In this document: positions 35,141 to 46,299 of the stretch, piece by piece
Numbering within the stretch: position 1 is the stretch's first letter
Layout: the number at the start of each line of letters is the position of its first letter
Translations under genes and position numbers: made by a program
Notes under the pieces: generated by a model
Seen by the model: the letters and a program-made list of their open reading frames with translations, nothing else
Databases searched by the model: none
What the model was told of the DNA's origin: nothing
Assembly: GCA_003427395.1 (NCBI GenBank)
Contig: BFEA01000026.1
Span: forward strand, 5,383,225-5,447,224
Length of the DNA: 64,000 nt
DNA from: Chara braunii
Taxonomy: Eukaryota; Plantae; Charophyceae
Direction: 5' to 3'

Positions 35141-37763
35141 TTTACTCACTCTGTTATCTCAAAGAAACTTCTCAAAAAAATTCCCCTGAAGCACAGTGAA
35201 AAGGTATGAATACCTGTCCAACAACCTAAAACCACTTCAAATGCATTTCCGATGTGAAGCACCAGACCTTAAAATCAGCTATCACTACGGGATTGTAATC
35301 TTAAGCGTCTAAATTGACAGCACCCTTAAACTGTCACCAATTCAAAATCGATGTTCGAACAAATCTGTACCAGGCCTATGAGTCCAGCCTATGCAGGTGG
35401 GCAGAAAAAGGAAAAACGCCATTTGAAATTATAGTAGTTTTGGAATGACTAAACCGTAATGAACAAAGCCAAATAACAGATTTTGAGCTAGAGAGGAATC
35501 TGGAAAGTTCCAGAAAAGGATTCGCCCAACGAGCAGATCAATAAATTCCCACCGAAGGAAGACAGCACCAATACTGGCCCGACAGAGCAGCTAGTAGCCG
35601 TGGGGAGCCTGGGTTGCCGTGACGAGGTTTCCCACCTTGCACCCTTGGACCTCTGAAGGAACTGCCATCTCCCAGGCACCCTAGATCTCAATGGGTACAA
35701 CCCAAGTTTGCTCTCCTGCCAGCTAAATGTTATTCAGTCATGCCCTAGTAGGGCAGCAACGTTCCCACAACTAGTAGCTCTCCCACCACCTCCAATAGCT
35801 CCGTTGCCTTCTACGAACAACCCCCAACCTTCCACATTTACCAACCAAAAGCAAAGCCGAGAACCCATAGCGAAGATTCCTTGAAATAGCCTCTAGATCC
35901 ATGGAGGGTGATAGACAGACCAACTAAGAAGGGGGCAACGTGTGTAGCGGGGCACAACACAATCTAAGAGCAGAGCGATCCAGAGAAGACCAGCAGGATA
36001 CTATTACCGCCGCAGCCCATGGGGCACGGAGTTGTGGGAAAGTGAAAACAAGGTAATACAACAAGAGAGCTTGGGTGACGGGGCACAGAGTTGAGAAAAG
36101 TGAAAGAATCTAGACCATCAGATGCATCAACTATGTGGAAAGTAGGATGAGAATCCCACAACTATCTGCAGAGACCAACGAGGCAGAGTAACAGGGCACA
36201 AAGATGTAAAAGGTGAATGAATCTAGTCTGATGAGAGCGTCAGATGCATCGAATGCGTGAATGGCAGGATGAAAGTTCCGCGGCAGTCTGCCGAAGCCTA
36301 CAAAGCATAACTGTGGCTCCAATCAAGAGAGTTCAAGTAAGCAAGGCACCAAGCAATGAAAACTGCTTCCCACAGACACGAAACATGCATGCAGGGAAGG
36401 CGAGAGCGAGGAAATTCTTAGATTAGGTGAGATTAGGTGAGATAAAAGTTACGAGCAATTTTTGGAATTACTACGTTATATGAGGGCTCAGATATGGGAA
36501 TAGGGATGGAGGGTTGCCTGAACCCAACCATTTAAACCCGACTCAGAGTATGAGTAAATAACGGCATTACACGAGGGCTGCCTACGAGAATAATGAAGGG
36601 GGAATGCACCAAACACAGAATACAACCAGATACGGAGTACTAGTGACTAAATACGATCAAGGTTGCCAGTAACACCAAAGCACATAGCAGGAAGAGCTTC
36701 AAAGAGGGGGAAAGTATTTCCAAATATTATTGTGTACGTCCGTCATGAAGTAAGCCACTCGTAGGGAGTATTTAGCAAAGAATATGGCTAGGTTAATGCA
36801 CTCTAAATATTTCGTGCAAGAGAATGTCTTGGTTAATGCTCAGCGCCCTTGATCCCAACGGAGACGCTCCCACCACCATTAGAGGAACTCCCACTCCCAT
36901 TGGTGGAGCCGCCCCCCGTCGAGCTTCAGGTCTTCACGCTCCCAGTCAAGATAGTCAACAGTAGTTCTCATGTGCTCCTCTTAACACTAGTCCCAACACG
37001 ATCGGCTGCCCACCCACTGCCTCCAGAGGTGCCGCTGTTGGATGAGCCCGCTGTCCCGTACTAGACTCTCTCTCCCTTCGTCGTGTTCACACTGCAACGA
37101 GTTTTGTTACTTGAATCTTGTAGACTGTCTGTTGTAGGAGGAACTGGAATCGCCCTGCTCCCTGGTATTCCACAGGGAGACACAGTCCCTTGTCAGAGTT
37201 GAGGGCGATGGCCGAACCTAGGGATCGCCGAAGAAAACATCGTTCCGCCCCACAACCCGAATCCCACACCTCGATGCCGACGCAGAGTGCTGCCGTCTCT
37301 GGAGAGCGAGTACGCCTGGTAGCGCAGCGCTTCATCGGAGCGCTACCCCAAGGGAATTTTTTTCCCTTCCGGGGGTGGGAGATTTTTCAAGCCATATTTA
37401 ATGCATACAATTTTGCATATGTAGGGCCTCTCTCCACTACTCTGGACATGCACAAAAGACAAAAATCATGGAGGTGTATCTTCCCATGTTCTAGCGGAAG
37501 ATTCACTCTCGTTTGGCGCCTTTCGAGAGCAGTGGAGCGAGGCCCACATATAAGAGGACAACAAACGAGGGACTGTGACAAGCTGTTTCGTCGGAGTTTT
37601 TTTTTTTTTTTTTCAAATCAATCTTTATTGACATTGAGTCGGGAAACGGGCCCACCGACTCATATATATATATATCGTCACAAATATATCGTCAAATAGA
37701 ACTGCCCGGTAAACCGTAGGCAGAGAGGGAGAAGGAGAAGAGGACAACAAACGAGGGGCTGTG

Positions 37764-37828
37764 ACAAACTGTTCTGTTTCGTCGGAGTTTCACCGACTCA
37801 TCAGGAGGCTGAACCCTCAACAGTCTGC
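37764..37828 (-). ncRNA. Type III hammerhead ribozyme (5-nt duplication in stem III)
   Basis: Minus strand: GCAGACTG-TT-GAGGgttcagCCTC-CTGATGA-GTCGGtgaaactCCGAC-GAAA-CAG. Confidence 0.85.
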
Positions 37829-37934
37829 AGAATCCCCTCACTGATTATATATATATATATATATATCGTCAAATAGAACTGCTCGGAAAACCGTAGGCAG
37901 AGAGGGAGAAGAGGAAAACAAACGAGGGGCTGTG

Positions 37935-37994
37935 ACAAACTGTTTCGTCGGAGTTTCACCGACTCATCAGGAGGCTGAACCCTCAACAGTCTGT
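37935..37994 (-). ncRNA. Type III hammerhead ribozyme
   Basis: Minus strand: ACAGACTG-TT-GAGGgttcagCCTC-CTGATGA-GTCGGtgaaactCCGAC-GAAA-CAGTTTGT. All three stems pair; GUU triplet. Confidence 0.9.
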
Positions 37995-38405
37995 AGAATC
38001 CCCTCACTGATTACACTGTAAGTGATAATACCAAATTTGAAATAAAAATCAACTACTAAAAATAAATAATAATGATAAAAATTAGGGGAAAAGTTGGGAA
38101 AACAAACGAGAATGAAATTATTGAGTGGGGCAAGCACGTTTTGACACGGCTATCTTTGGTGATTTTTCGTTTTTTTTTGGCTATGACAAATGCCATGAAA
38201 ATTTATACATCTGTCGCTTACATAATAGAGAATTTACAAATAAAATTTGAAAAGATAATAATTTTTTTCATGCCCCGAAATGAAAGAAAAACAAGAAGTC
38301 AGAAGTGAGAAAAAACAATTAGCGAGTGGGCAAGCAAGTTTTGACACCACCATCTTTGCCGATTTTTCATGTTTTTTGGGCTGAACAGAATGGCTTCAAA
38401 CTTAA

Positions 38406-39262
38406 ACCACCAGTACCTACCGGTTGTTGAGGCCCGACCCTGAATATGCCCTGCACGCCGAATTTTGCCGAGCCTGCAGGGAGTGGGAAAAAATGTGGGA
38501 CATGTGCTGATGCTAGCAGGTACCAGCAGCAGGAACGTAGACAGACTCGTCGTTTTCTTGTTTCCACTACGGCATTGAATTCACCCGTGAAGGATCTTCC
38601 AAAAAAAAAAAAAAAAAAAAAAAAAAAAGGAAATCGGAAACCAGGATCTGCACATTATTCCCCTCACATTCGTTCATAGTGTGCAGAAGGGAAGCCAGAT
38701 TCATTCACGAAAGTTGCAACGTTACAGTTCCCTCTGCCAGGAAAGAGCAGCCAGTAATGAATGCTCCCCGTGGCTGAGGGGGAGTGAGGGCAGAAGCAGC
38801 CAAGGATTTTCTTCCAGAAAAAAGAGAAACAAAAAAAAAAGGAAATCGGAAACCAGGATCTGCACGTTATTGCCCTCACATTCGTTCATAGTGTGCAGAA
38901 GGGAAGCCAGATTCAGTCACGAAAGTTGCAACGTTGCAGCTCCCTCTGCCAGGAAAGAGCAGCCAGTAGTGAATGCTCCCCGTGGCTGACGGGGAGCGAG
39001 GGCAAGCAGCCAAGGATCTTCTTCCAAAAAAAAAGGAAACAAAAAAAAAAAGGAAATCGGAAACCAGGATCTGCACGTTATTGCCCTTACATTCGTTTCC
39101 ACATAGAGTACCTACGGGACATCGTGCAGTCCTTCAGAGGAATTCCCATGGGCCCACTAGCTCCCTCCCCCATCTGGATGCCAAGCCTTTGCCGAACCCC
39201 CTAAAGTCGCGGCGCGTTAACGGCCGCAACTTTTTTTTTTAGCTGGTAGAGGTACTGGTGGT
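38406..39262. mobile_element. TTAA-flanked non-autonomous TIR element containing a ~211-bp tandem repeat (about 38628-39090)
   Basis: TTAA-ACCACCAGTAC ... GTACTGGTGGT-TTAA; unit AAAGGAAATCGGAAACCAGGATCTGCAC starts at about 38626, 38838 and 39049. Confidence 0.7.
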
Positions 39263-41098
39263 TTAACAGGGATATACCTTACATCACAAAGAACTCACAC
39301 AAAAAAAATCAGAAAAAAGTTCAAAAAACTAATAATATTTAGGTGCGAAAATATTTTTTTGTGGGGTCCGAACCCTTTCAGGTTCAGGCCCCGTACGGGG
39401 ACCCGACGCCCGAACATTCGGGGGTCAGTTTAGGGGCCTCCGTACGTTCGGCCTGGCAACCCTGAAACTAACAATAAAATTATAAAAACAAGAAAAACTG
39501 AAAAAAGAATTAAAATTAGTGAGTGAGCGAACACGTTTTCCACATCGGCCTCTTTGGCGATATGTCAGTTTTTTGGCACAGCAAAATGCCCTGAAAATTT
39601 ACAGATGTCTACTTCACATAATACAAAACTCATTAAAAAATCAGAAAAGCTACGATTTACAAAGATTTGCGCTAGCGCAGCGGTAACGCTGCGTTAGCGC
39701 GTCGCTATTACACGCGACGCACGGGCGATAGGGGATCGCATAGCGCTGCTGCGCTAGTAGCAGGGCATAGCCAGAGCAGGTCGTTGGGGCGGCGGGGACG
39801 ATGGGGAAGAGGGTGTATGGGCGCCACGGTGGGTCTTGTCTCAAGAGTGCATTACCGTGCTCTCGTCGTTACCTGGTCCTGGTCGACATCTAGTTGGCAT
39901 TCCTAGTTGGCTGTGGTAGGATAGTGTGTATGTGAGGACGGTCAATGGGCGGGATCCGTGCGTCGCGTCATATCAGTATTTTCAACTGATCAGGGGTTTG
40001 CCCCTGGTTGCAGATATGGAACATTCGTTGTGGTTAAATAGTGTTAGTTCTTCTTTGGAAAATTGGGTTGCAATGAAGAGTTCTGGTGGTGGATGCAATT
40101 TCATCCGAGTGATGAGCTGGAGAAGATGGAATAGAGTGCATCGATAAAACGTCGACTTCCGGGAGAGAGATGATGGATTTTACTCTGCGAATGGTATCGC
40201 CTACAACGCTGACAAAATGTTCAGCCGGGGCTTCAGCTACGCCCAGGGATTGTCCACTGCCGCTGATGCTCCTACTTTGGACGTGGTGTTGCTCAAGACC
40301 TNNNNNNNNNNNNNNNNNNNNNNNNNNNNNNNNNNNNNNNNNNNNNNNNNNNNNNNNNNNNNNNNNNNNNNNNNNNNNNNNNNNNNNNNNNNNNNNNNNN
40401 NNNNNNNNNNNNNNNNNNNNNNNNNNNNNNNNNNNNNNNNNNNNNNNNNNNNNNNNNNNNNNNNNNNNNNNNNNNNNNNNNNNNNNNNNNNNNNNNNNNN
40501 NNNNNNNNNNNNNNNNNNNNNNNNNNNNNNNNNNNNNNNNNNNNNNNNNNNNNNNNNNNNNNNNNNNNNNNNNNNNNNNNNNNNNNNNNNNNNNNNNNNN
40601 NNNNNNNNNNNNNNNNNNNNNNNNNNNNNNNAAAAAAAAAAAAAAACTCGTTAAAAAAGTTCCAAATATTAAACAAAAAGTGAAAAAGTGAAAAAAACAA
40701 AATACTGAGTGGGGGAGCATGTTTTGACATCACCAACTTCGGTGATTTTTAATGCTGGCAGGGGCTGAACGCCGTCGGGTTCGGACCCCGAACGGGACCC
40801 CGAATGCCCGTATGTACGGAGGTCGGCCCGACGACCTCCATACCTATGGGTTGGTGACCCTGGTGGGGCCTAAACAATGTTATTATTTTTTGAAACTTTT
40901 TAAAAAAGTTTTGTAATATGTGAAGTACACATCTGTAAATTTTCAGTGCATTTGGCTGTGCCAAAAACAAAATGAAAAATCGCCAGAGATGGCGGTGTCG
41001 AAAACGTGCTCACTCTCTCACTAATTTTAATTCTCTTTTCTTCTTATTTTTATTATTAGTTTTATTTTCTGTATTTTTTTTTTCCAAATTTGATAGGA

Positions 41099-42375
41099 TT
41101 TTTTTTTTTTTAATAATAAATTGCAGCTTTATCACTTATCAATCCAAAATGAGGCCGGGAATCCCTCAACATCTCAACCCGGTGGAACTGGGGCCATTAC
41201 CCAGAATAGGCAAAAAGCTGGAAACCGGGTCCAGCGTCCCATTGTCTGCAACTTGAAAAAAAAAAAAAGGGGGAGACCTGGACAATCAACATTCAACCAG
41301 CAAGAAAGGAACCAACTACCACTACTAATTAAAGAGAAATCTAAGAGCATTACCCAGTGGTCGCTCGCAGGGGCAAACAAAACCGACACCCCTGCGAGGA
41401 GCCTGCTACGGCTGCTCAATCCTACTTGCCTCAAGTCCATCAAGCTCTCCGTTCCTTCGTTCCCCAGTGGCCCTCTCCCCTGTCTCCAATCTATGGTCGA
41501 TTGGCTGGGCGGACGACTGGAGCCAAATTGTTGCGTGGAGTGTCTCCACTGACTAGGCAGTCCACCGAGTTTTAACACCCGTGTATAGCCCCGAACCGAT
41601 GACAAGTATCCCTTCCTATGTAACAGATGCAAGCTGGCTGTTGGATGCCCAAGTGCGCAGAAACCAGACCGGGCCGCGGAAGGAATAGACTGCATCGACT
41701 GTAGCCACAGGAGGCTGGTGGCTTTTTGGTCCGGTAGTTTCTGCACTTGCTCCCACAACTTCAGGAGCTTTCTTTCGGCGATGACATCTGTAGGGGAGGT
41801 GCTCCATCTCTGGGTGGCCGTGGTTAACGGGGTTTTTGATACCTGTTTGAATTGGATGGCTCTACCCAGCTTAGTAGAATAGTGGCCCAGCGGGGTAAAG
41901 GAGCCTACTTTTTCCAGCTCCGCCCACCCGCAAAGATAAGGTTCCCGTCTTGACGGAGGCGGCCAGGCGTCCACCTGAGCATGTTTCTTTTCCATTACAA
42001 ACTTAGTCTACTGAACACCACACTCTCACCTCTTCCAGATTTTGGTCCACAGTCGCCACTTCTTCTCCTTTCCATGAAAGCAGGTCTCCTTCTTTTGTGA
42101 CCGTATTGGCCGGCCGGGCCCAAACTTGCGGACTTTTGTTCCTCCGGCAGTTGCGGGGCCCAAAACACGCCAACATTCCATCGGGTTATCTGGAGAACTG
42201 AACCAAGTATCGATTGCTGGTTGATCAGGTCCGCGCAAGAAGGGGATCCAGGAGGAGGGAATGACGCATTTCAGCGGCTTGAAATTAATGGCTCTATCGT
42301 GCAGTCTGGGAAGCTTTTGACGCAGTTGATCACCTGTAATCCAGTCCTGTCTTGAGTCATCCCAAATGTCTCTGA
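41099..42375 (-). mobile_element. L1/Tx1-like LINE 3' fragment
   Basis: DIWDDSRQDWITGDQLR..IPSSW and YSTKLG..RW..KLW..SLLWL align with the other ORF2 C-termini; motifs A and B and poly(A) lie downstream. Confidence 0.75.
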
Positions 42376-42755
42376 AAATTAGATAGGAATTTGGACGTAA
42401 TGCTCAGGCAAATGTTGTTTAGTTTAGTTTTCTTCATAACACAGTTTTTTTTTCAGGCTTTTGGATTTTATTTTTATTTTTTTTTTTCTTCTTGTTCCGC
42501 GTTCGGTCCGATCGGCCAAACCCATCCCCAAGGGGTCCCGTATGTTCGGGCGTTCGGATTCGAGCGTTCAGCCCGTTCCGAATGCAGGTTACCCTGGTCT
42601 TGTAAAAATTTTGGAGATCCCATATTTTTTGCTGTTTTTTTAAAAGTTTGTTTAGATTGAAAATAATAAAACATAAAAACGAGAAAAAGACACTCACAGA
42701 CCCCCCCCCCCCCCCACACGCACATGCTGTGACACACACACACACACACACACAC

Positions 42756-42793
42756 CTGTCTCTTATACACATCTAGATGTGTATAAGAGACAG
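42756..42793. other. Nextera mate-pair junction adapter (artefact)
   Basis: Exact CTGTCTCTTATACACATCT-AGATGTGTATAAGAGACAG next to a gap. Confidence 0.99.
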
Positions 42794-42863
42794 GAATATA
42801 GCNNNNNNNNNNNNNNNNNNNNNNNNNNNNNNNNNNNNNNNNNNNNNNNNNNNNNNNNNNNNN

Positions 42864-42928
<65 letters not shown>

Positions 42929-43198
42929 ACCTTACCCACCCAGCGCCCCTCCCAAAAAAATCTCTGCCAGCCACCCAACTTTTTCTTTTCTGCGCGACCA
43001 CCTCCACGACATCCCCTGCCCTCGTACAACCCCATGACGCGCGTGCACTCTTTTTTTGACAAGCGCGCACTTTGAAGCGCTTTGAGCGCGTTTGAGAGCA
43101 GGGGGGGTGGGCGGGGGGGGGTCTTTAAGCGCGCACTCACATGGTTTCATAGCTACCCCCTGAAGGGAAGAACGTCGGGTTGATGTGCATGGTGGTGT

Positions 43199-44200
43199 TC
43201 ACTCCTGGCTGGCTTGAGGCTGCAGGTTCGGTTGGATTTCAAGGAGCGCCCTGTTGAATGTCCGCACCTGCGCCCTTAGCTGACCTTGGTACTCAGGGCG
43301 AGGAATTCCTCCTCCCGAGACTGGCGAGGCACAGGGTGCAGCAGAAGAGGTCCCACCCTGAGTTTGCCAAGTACTCCAGCGACAAGTTTCTTCTGTATGG
43401 AAGCAGGTCCGAGAACGTTTACACCATTCAGACTCCGAAGATGCCATTCACACGTCCATTCGGCCGGCTTGGTGGATCTGCACCCAGATCTTGTCCTTCA
43501 TGTTGCCTCTGGCACCTTTGTCAAGGTCGAATCTCAGGTTGACCAACTTACGATCTGTCTCATCTGTTTCCGGTAGGTGGGTCTTCAGGAATTTGCCAAT
43601 TGTTATTATTTCGACGTGAGCGTGTATGAATACCATCTCGTCCAGGGGAACACCAACTGCAATTACCCAAAAGACATTCTCGTCCACTGTTTCCCGCCAA
43701 TCCCTTACTTCTGCCCACGTGATCCAGGGTTCGAACTCCGTTCGATAGGTGGTGTCGGCAAGGGCGATGTAGTCTATTCTCTTGGCCAGCATCCAGTCTG
43801 TGATCTCTTGAGGTCTCGGGATGTAGGAATGACATTTGGACTTTCCACTTGTATCCCTCTTCGCTTGAATTCTTCGCCAAAAGTCTCATCTCGTATCCAC
43901 ACATTCTCGTAATCGCAAACCATATCCTCCTTGACTTTCTTTGGCCAAAAAGCGAGCGCCACCTCTGAAAATAACCATTACTGTCCGCTGCTTCAACCAC
44001 TTCACCTTCATTTTATCAATCGAGTGATTGAAAATGAACATGACTTCCCTTCCGCTTACCTCCATCGTGCCTGGATCGATGTTGGTAGGGAGCATCCCTT
44101 CATAACGCGCTCTAATCATTTCCTTCACCCTGTCATCTTCCAACCGCTAATCCCCAGGGACTTGAGCCCTACCTTCCCTATCTCCCTCTGGGGTCCCTTC
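43199..44200 (-). pseudogene. Frameshifted LINE ORF1-like remnant with degenerate zinc knuckle
   Basis: Consecutive minus-strand pieces (43886-44143, 43774-43962, 43448-43792, 43199-43447) with FWVIAVGVP and WCKRSRTCFHTEETC, the layout expected for L1-clade ORF1. Confidence 0.6.
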
Positions 44201-45060
44201 AGGCTCCATCTTGATCCTATGAAAGACGTAACGAGTCTATCAACAACTCTGGGTAACTCAATGTAGAAGGCAAGGAGGACAATCGGACACAAGACTACCC
44301 ACTGATACCATCAACTATGGCGGCACAATCAGCCACAGCTCTTCATCACCAAGAAGGGATGGAGGTATCACCCACAAACCTCCGAGTAGACTTACCGGCC
44401 GGTAAGCAGCGGCGCTAAGACCAAGCCCAGCATCAGTGGCAGCACCTGCAGCCAACCGTCCCCGGCTCCTACTGTGTTTCCTCCATTGCATAGATTTTAA
44501 GAATAGATGCATTTTAGAAAAGAATTTTGATGTTTTCACCTTTTGCAGTTGTTCTTCAAGGTTTGTTTGGCTTTGTGGGCCTTGTGGGCTTATTTATGTG
44601 GTCTTTGGGCCTTTGTGGGATTTTTACTGGTGGGTTTGGGTTTGGGTTTGTGTGGCTTTTTAGGCCTTGTTGGAGCTGTTTACTTCCCAGGGTAGAGGAT
44701 TGTGAGGGCGGCGGTCTGGTATTAAGAAAAATGAGCCCAGTCTCAGAAATGCAATCAGACTCATTATCAGAGTCCAGTCTGCATCTCGGAGAGTAATAGG
44801 CGCACATCACCTCTGGCCTTTTTTTTTTCCAGGTTTTTTTTTTCCTTTCTTTCTTTTTTTGCGTCAAGTGGTGTATTAAAGGTCAACCCCCACTTGCCAA
44901 AATTATGCTCAGATTTAGAATCAGGCTCCACTTGCCCATTTTTTTTTTTTCGATTTTTCCGGCCAGGTGTATGCCACGGCAGTCCCAACAGTAGAGGAAA
45001 CAAAGCATGCCATAAAAGCACATATTGATAGAGGCTCGAAGAGCAGCACTTTATCCAGCA

Positions 45061-45505
45061 GCCTAGCTCAGTTGGTAAGGCAAATGGCATTCAGGAGGTC
45101 TTGGGTTCAATCCCTATTCGCCTCATGCACCTTCACGGGCAAGCTTGGCGCTCGCCACCTAGAGATATGCCGTTGGGCCCCCCGAGTGGCATTGAGCAGA
45201 GACTGCTGATGTTCATAGGGTGAGGGGACCACCACCAGAGGGGAGGCACAGTGACTGGCCATCGAAGAAGCTACTGTAGGTCCTGATGCTACCGGCTGAC
45301 CCCTGGCTGGTATCGCCCACCTGCTGTAGCAGGAGGTATCGCACCTGCTGGTGGGTGCAGCAGCTCCCGCATGTTCCCTCCTTGGAGGCTTGAGCACGGA
45401 TGTGGCTGCTGCGGGGTTCCCCGTAATACTATAATGACAATAAAAAAAGGCCTGAAAGGCCATCCTGTCCAGATTTGACAGGTAATTGAATTGGTTGGGC
45501 TTAAA
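45061..45505 (+). mobile_element. Near full-length tRNA(Ala-like)-derived SINE
   Basis: A box TAGCTCAGTTGG, B box GGTTCAATCC and a ~380-nt body shared with 25990 and 34116. Confidence 0.88.
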
Positions 45506-46299
45506 GAATTAGCACTTTGTGCCCAGCAAAGTGGAGATGTCAGAATTGCTGTACTTCGAGCCTGGAGGCTCGGAAACGTCAGGGCATATTCACACTAACA
45601 TTTTCCAGAATGCATCTGGCTGCAATTCCGGCCATACCTGGACGAATCTGACTGCAATCACATGCAGAGTTTTGTCAGGGCATATGCTCACACTACCGTT
45701 AGCACTTTTCAAAATGCATCTCGCTGCAATTACGGCCACACCTGGACACATTTCACTGCAATCACACCCCGAGCTTTGTCAACAAAGTCCTCGTGTGTGT
45801 GTATGCCCTCAGTACAGTACAAACAACAGTCCCTCCAGCGGCTGTGATGTTTTGGACCGGATACGACTGAACATTAGGAATCCATTCATACCTCCAGTAA
45901 ACGGCTCGGGCTCGGGAAAGACTCGCCCAAGTATCATCTCCAGAATGCCTTCTTCCTCAGACATTTTCCAAAGGCTACCAGTTACAGTGGACTTCTGATT
46001 TTTGCCTTGAGTCTGTTGCACCCGTCCTGGTCCCCACAAGCCGGGTCTATTTTTATTTTGAATTTCTCTGAAAGAAGTCCAAAGAACAGCAATTTTATTT
46101 TACTACCACTTAAATTTTTTATTTTTTTTTTTCCCCGGGACACTTAAACATTTGGAGGGCCTGTAGAGTCAAAAAAATAAAAATTCGAAAAATAAATAAA
46201 TTATTTCTCTCTTCTTGAAAGGTCAAGGTAAGGCAGGCTTTACTTTCTGAACCCAACGCCCACGACCCATCAGGGGCAAGCTCATGGTGGGTGAGGAAG

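Larger units (their letters stand above)
37550..38012 (-). repeat. Tandem hammerhead-bearing repeat (about 166-nt monomer; two full units and one partial unit), retrozyme-like
   Basis: Repeated unit with (TA)n junctions; hammerhead cores are 166 nt apart (37804 and 37970). Confidence 0.85.

Noticed and set aside
36225-36260. CTGATGA...GAA as another hammerhead
   Set aside because: No GAAA core, and no stem I or stem III can be built.
35940-37335. Possible LTR and adjacent internal region
   Set aside because: Matching termini, TSD, PBS and PPT could not be found by eye.
42756-42793. Tn5 transposon ends as a genuine horizontal insertion
   Set aside because: The back-to-back mosaic-end arrangement next to a gap is the library junction adapter.
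45061-45125. tRNA gene
   Set aside because: No acceptor or anticodon stem; it continues into a repeated SINE body.
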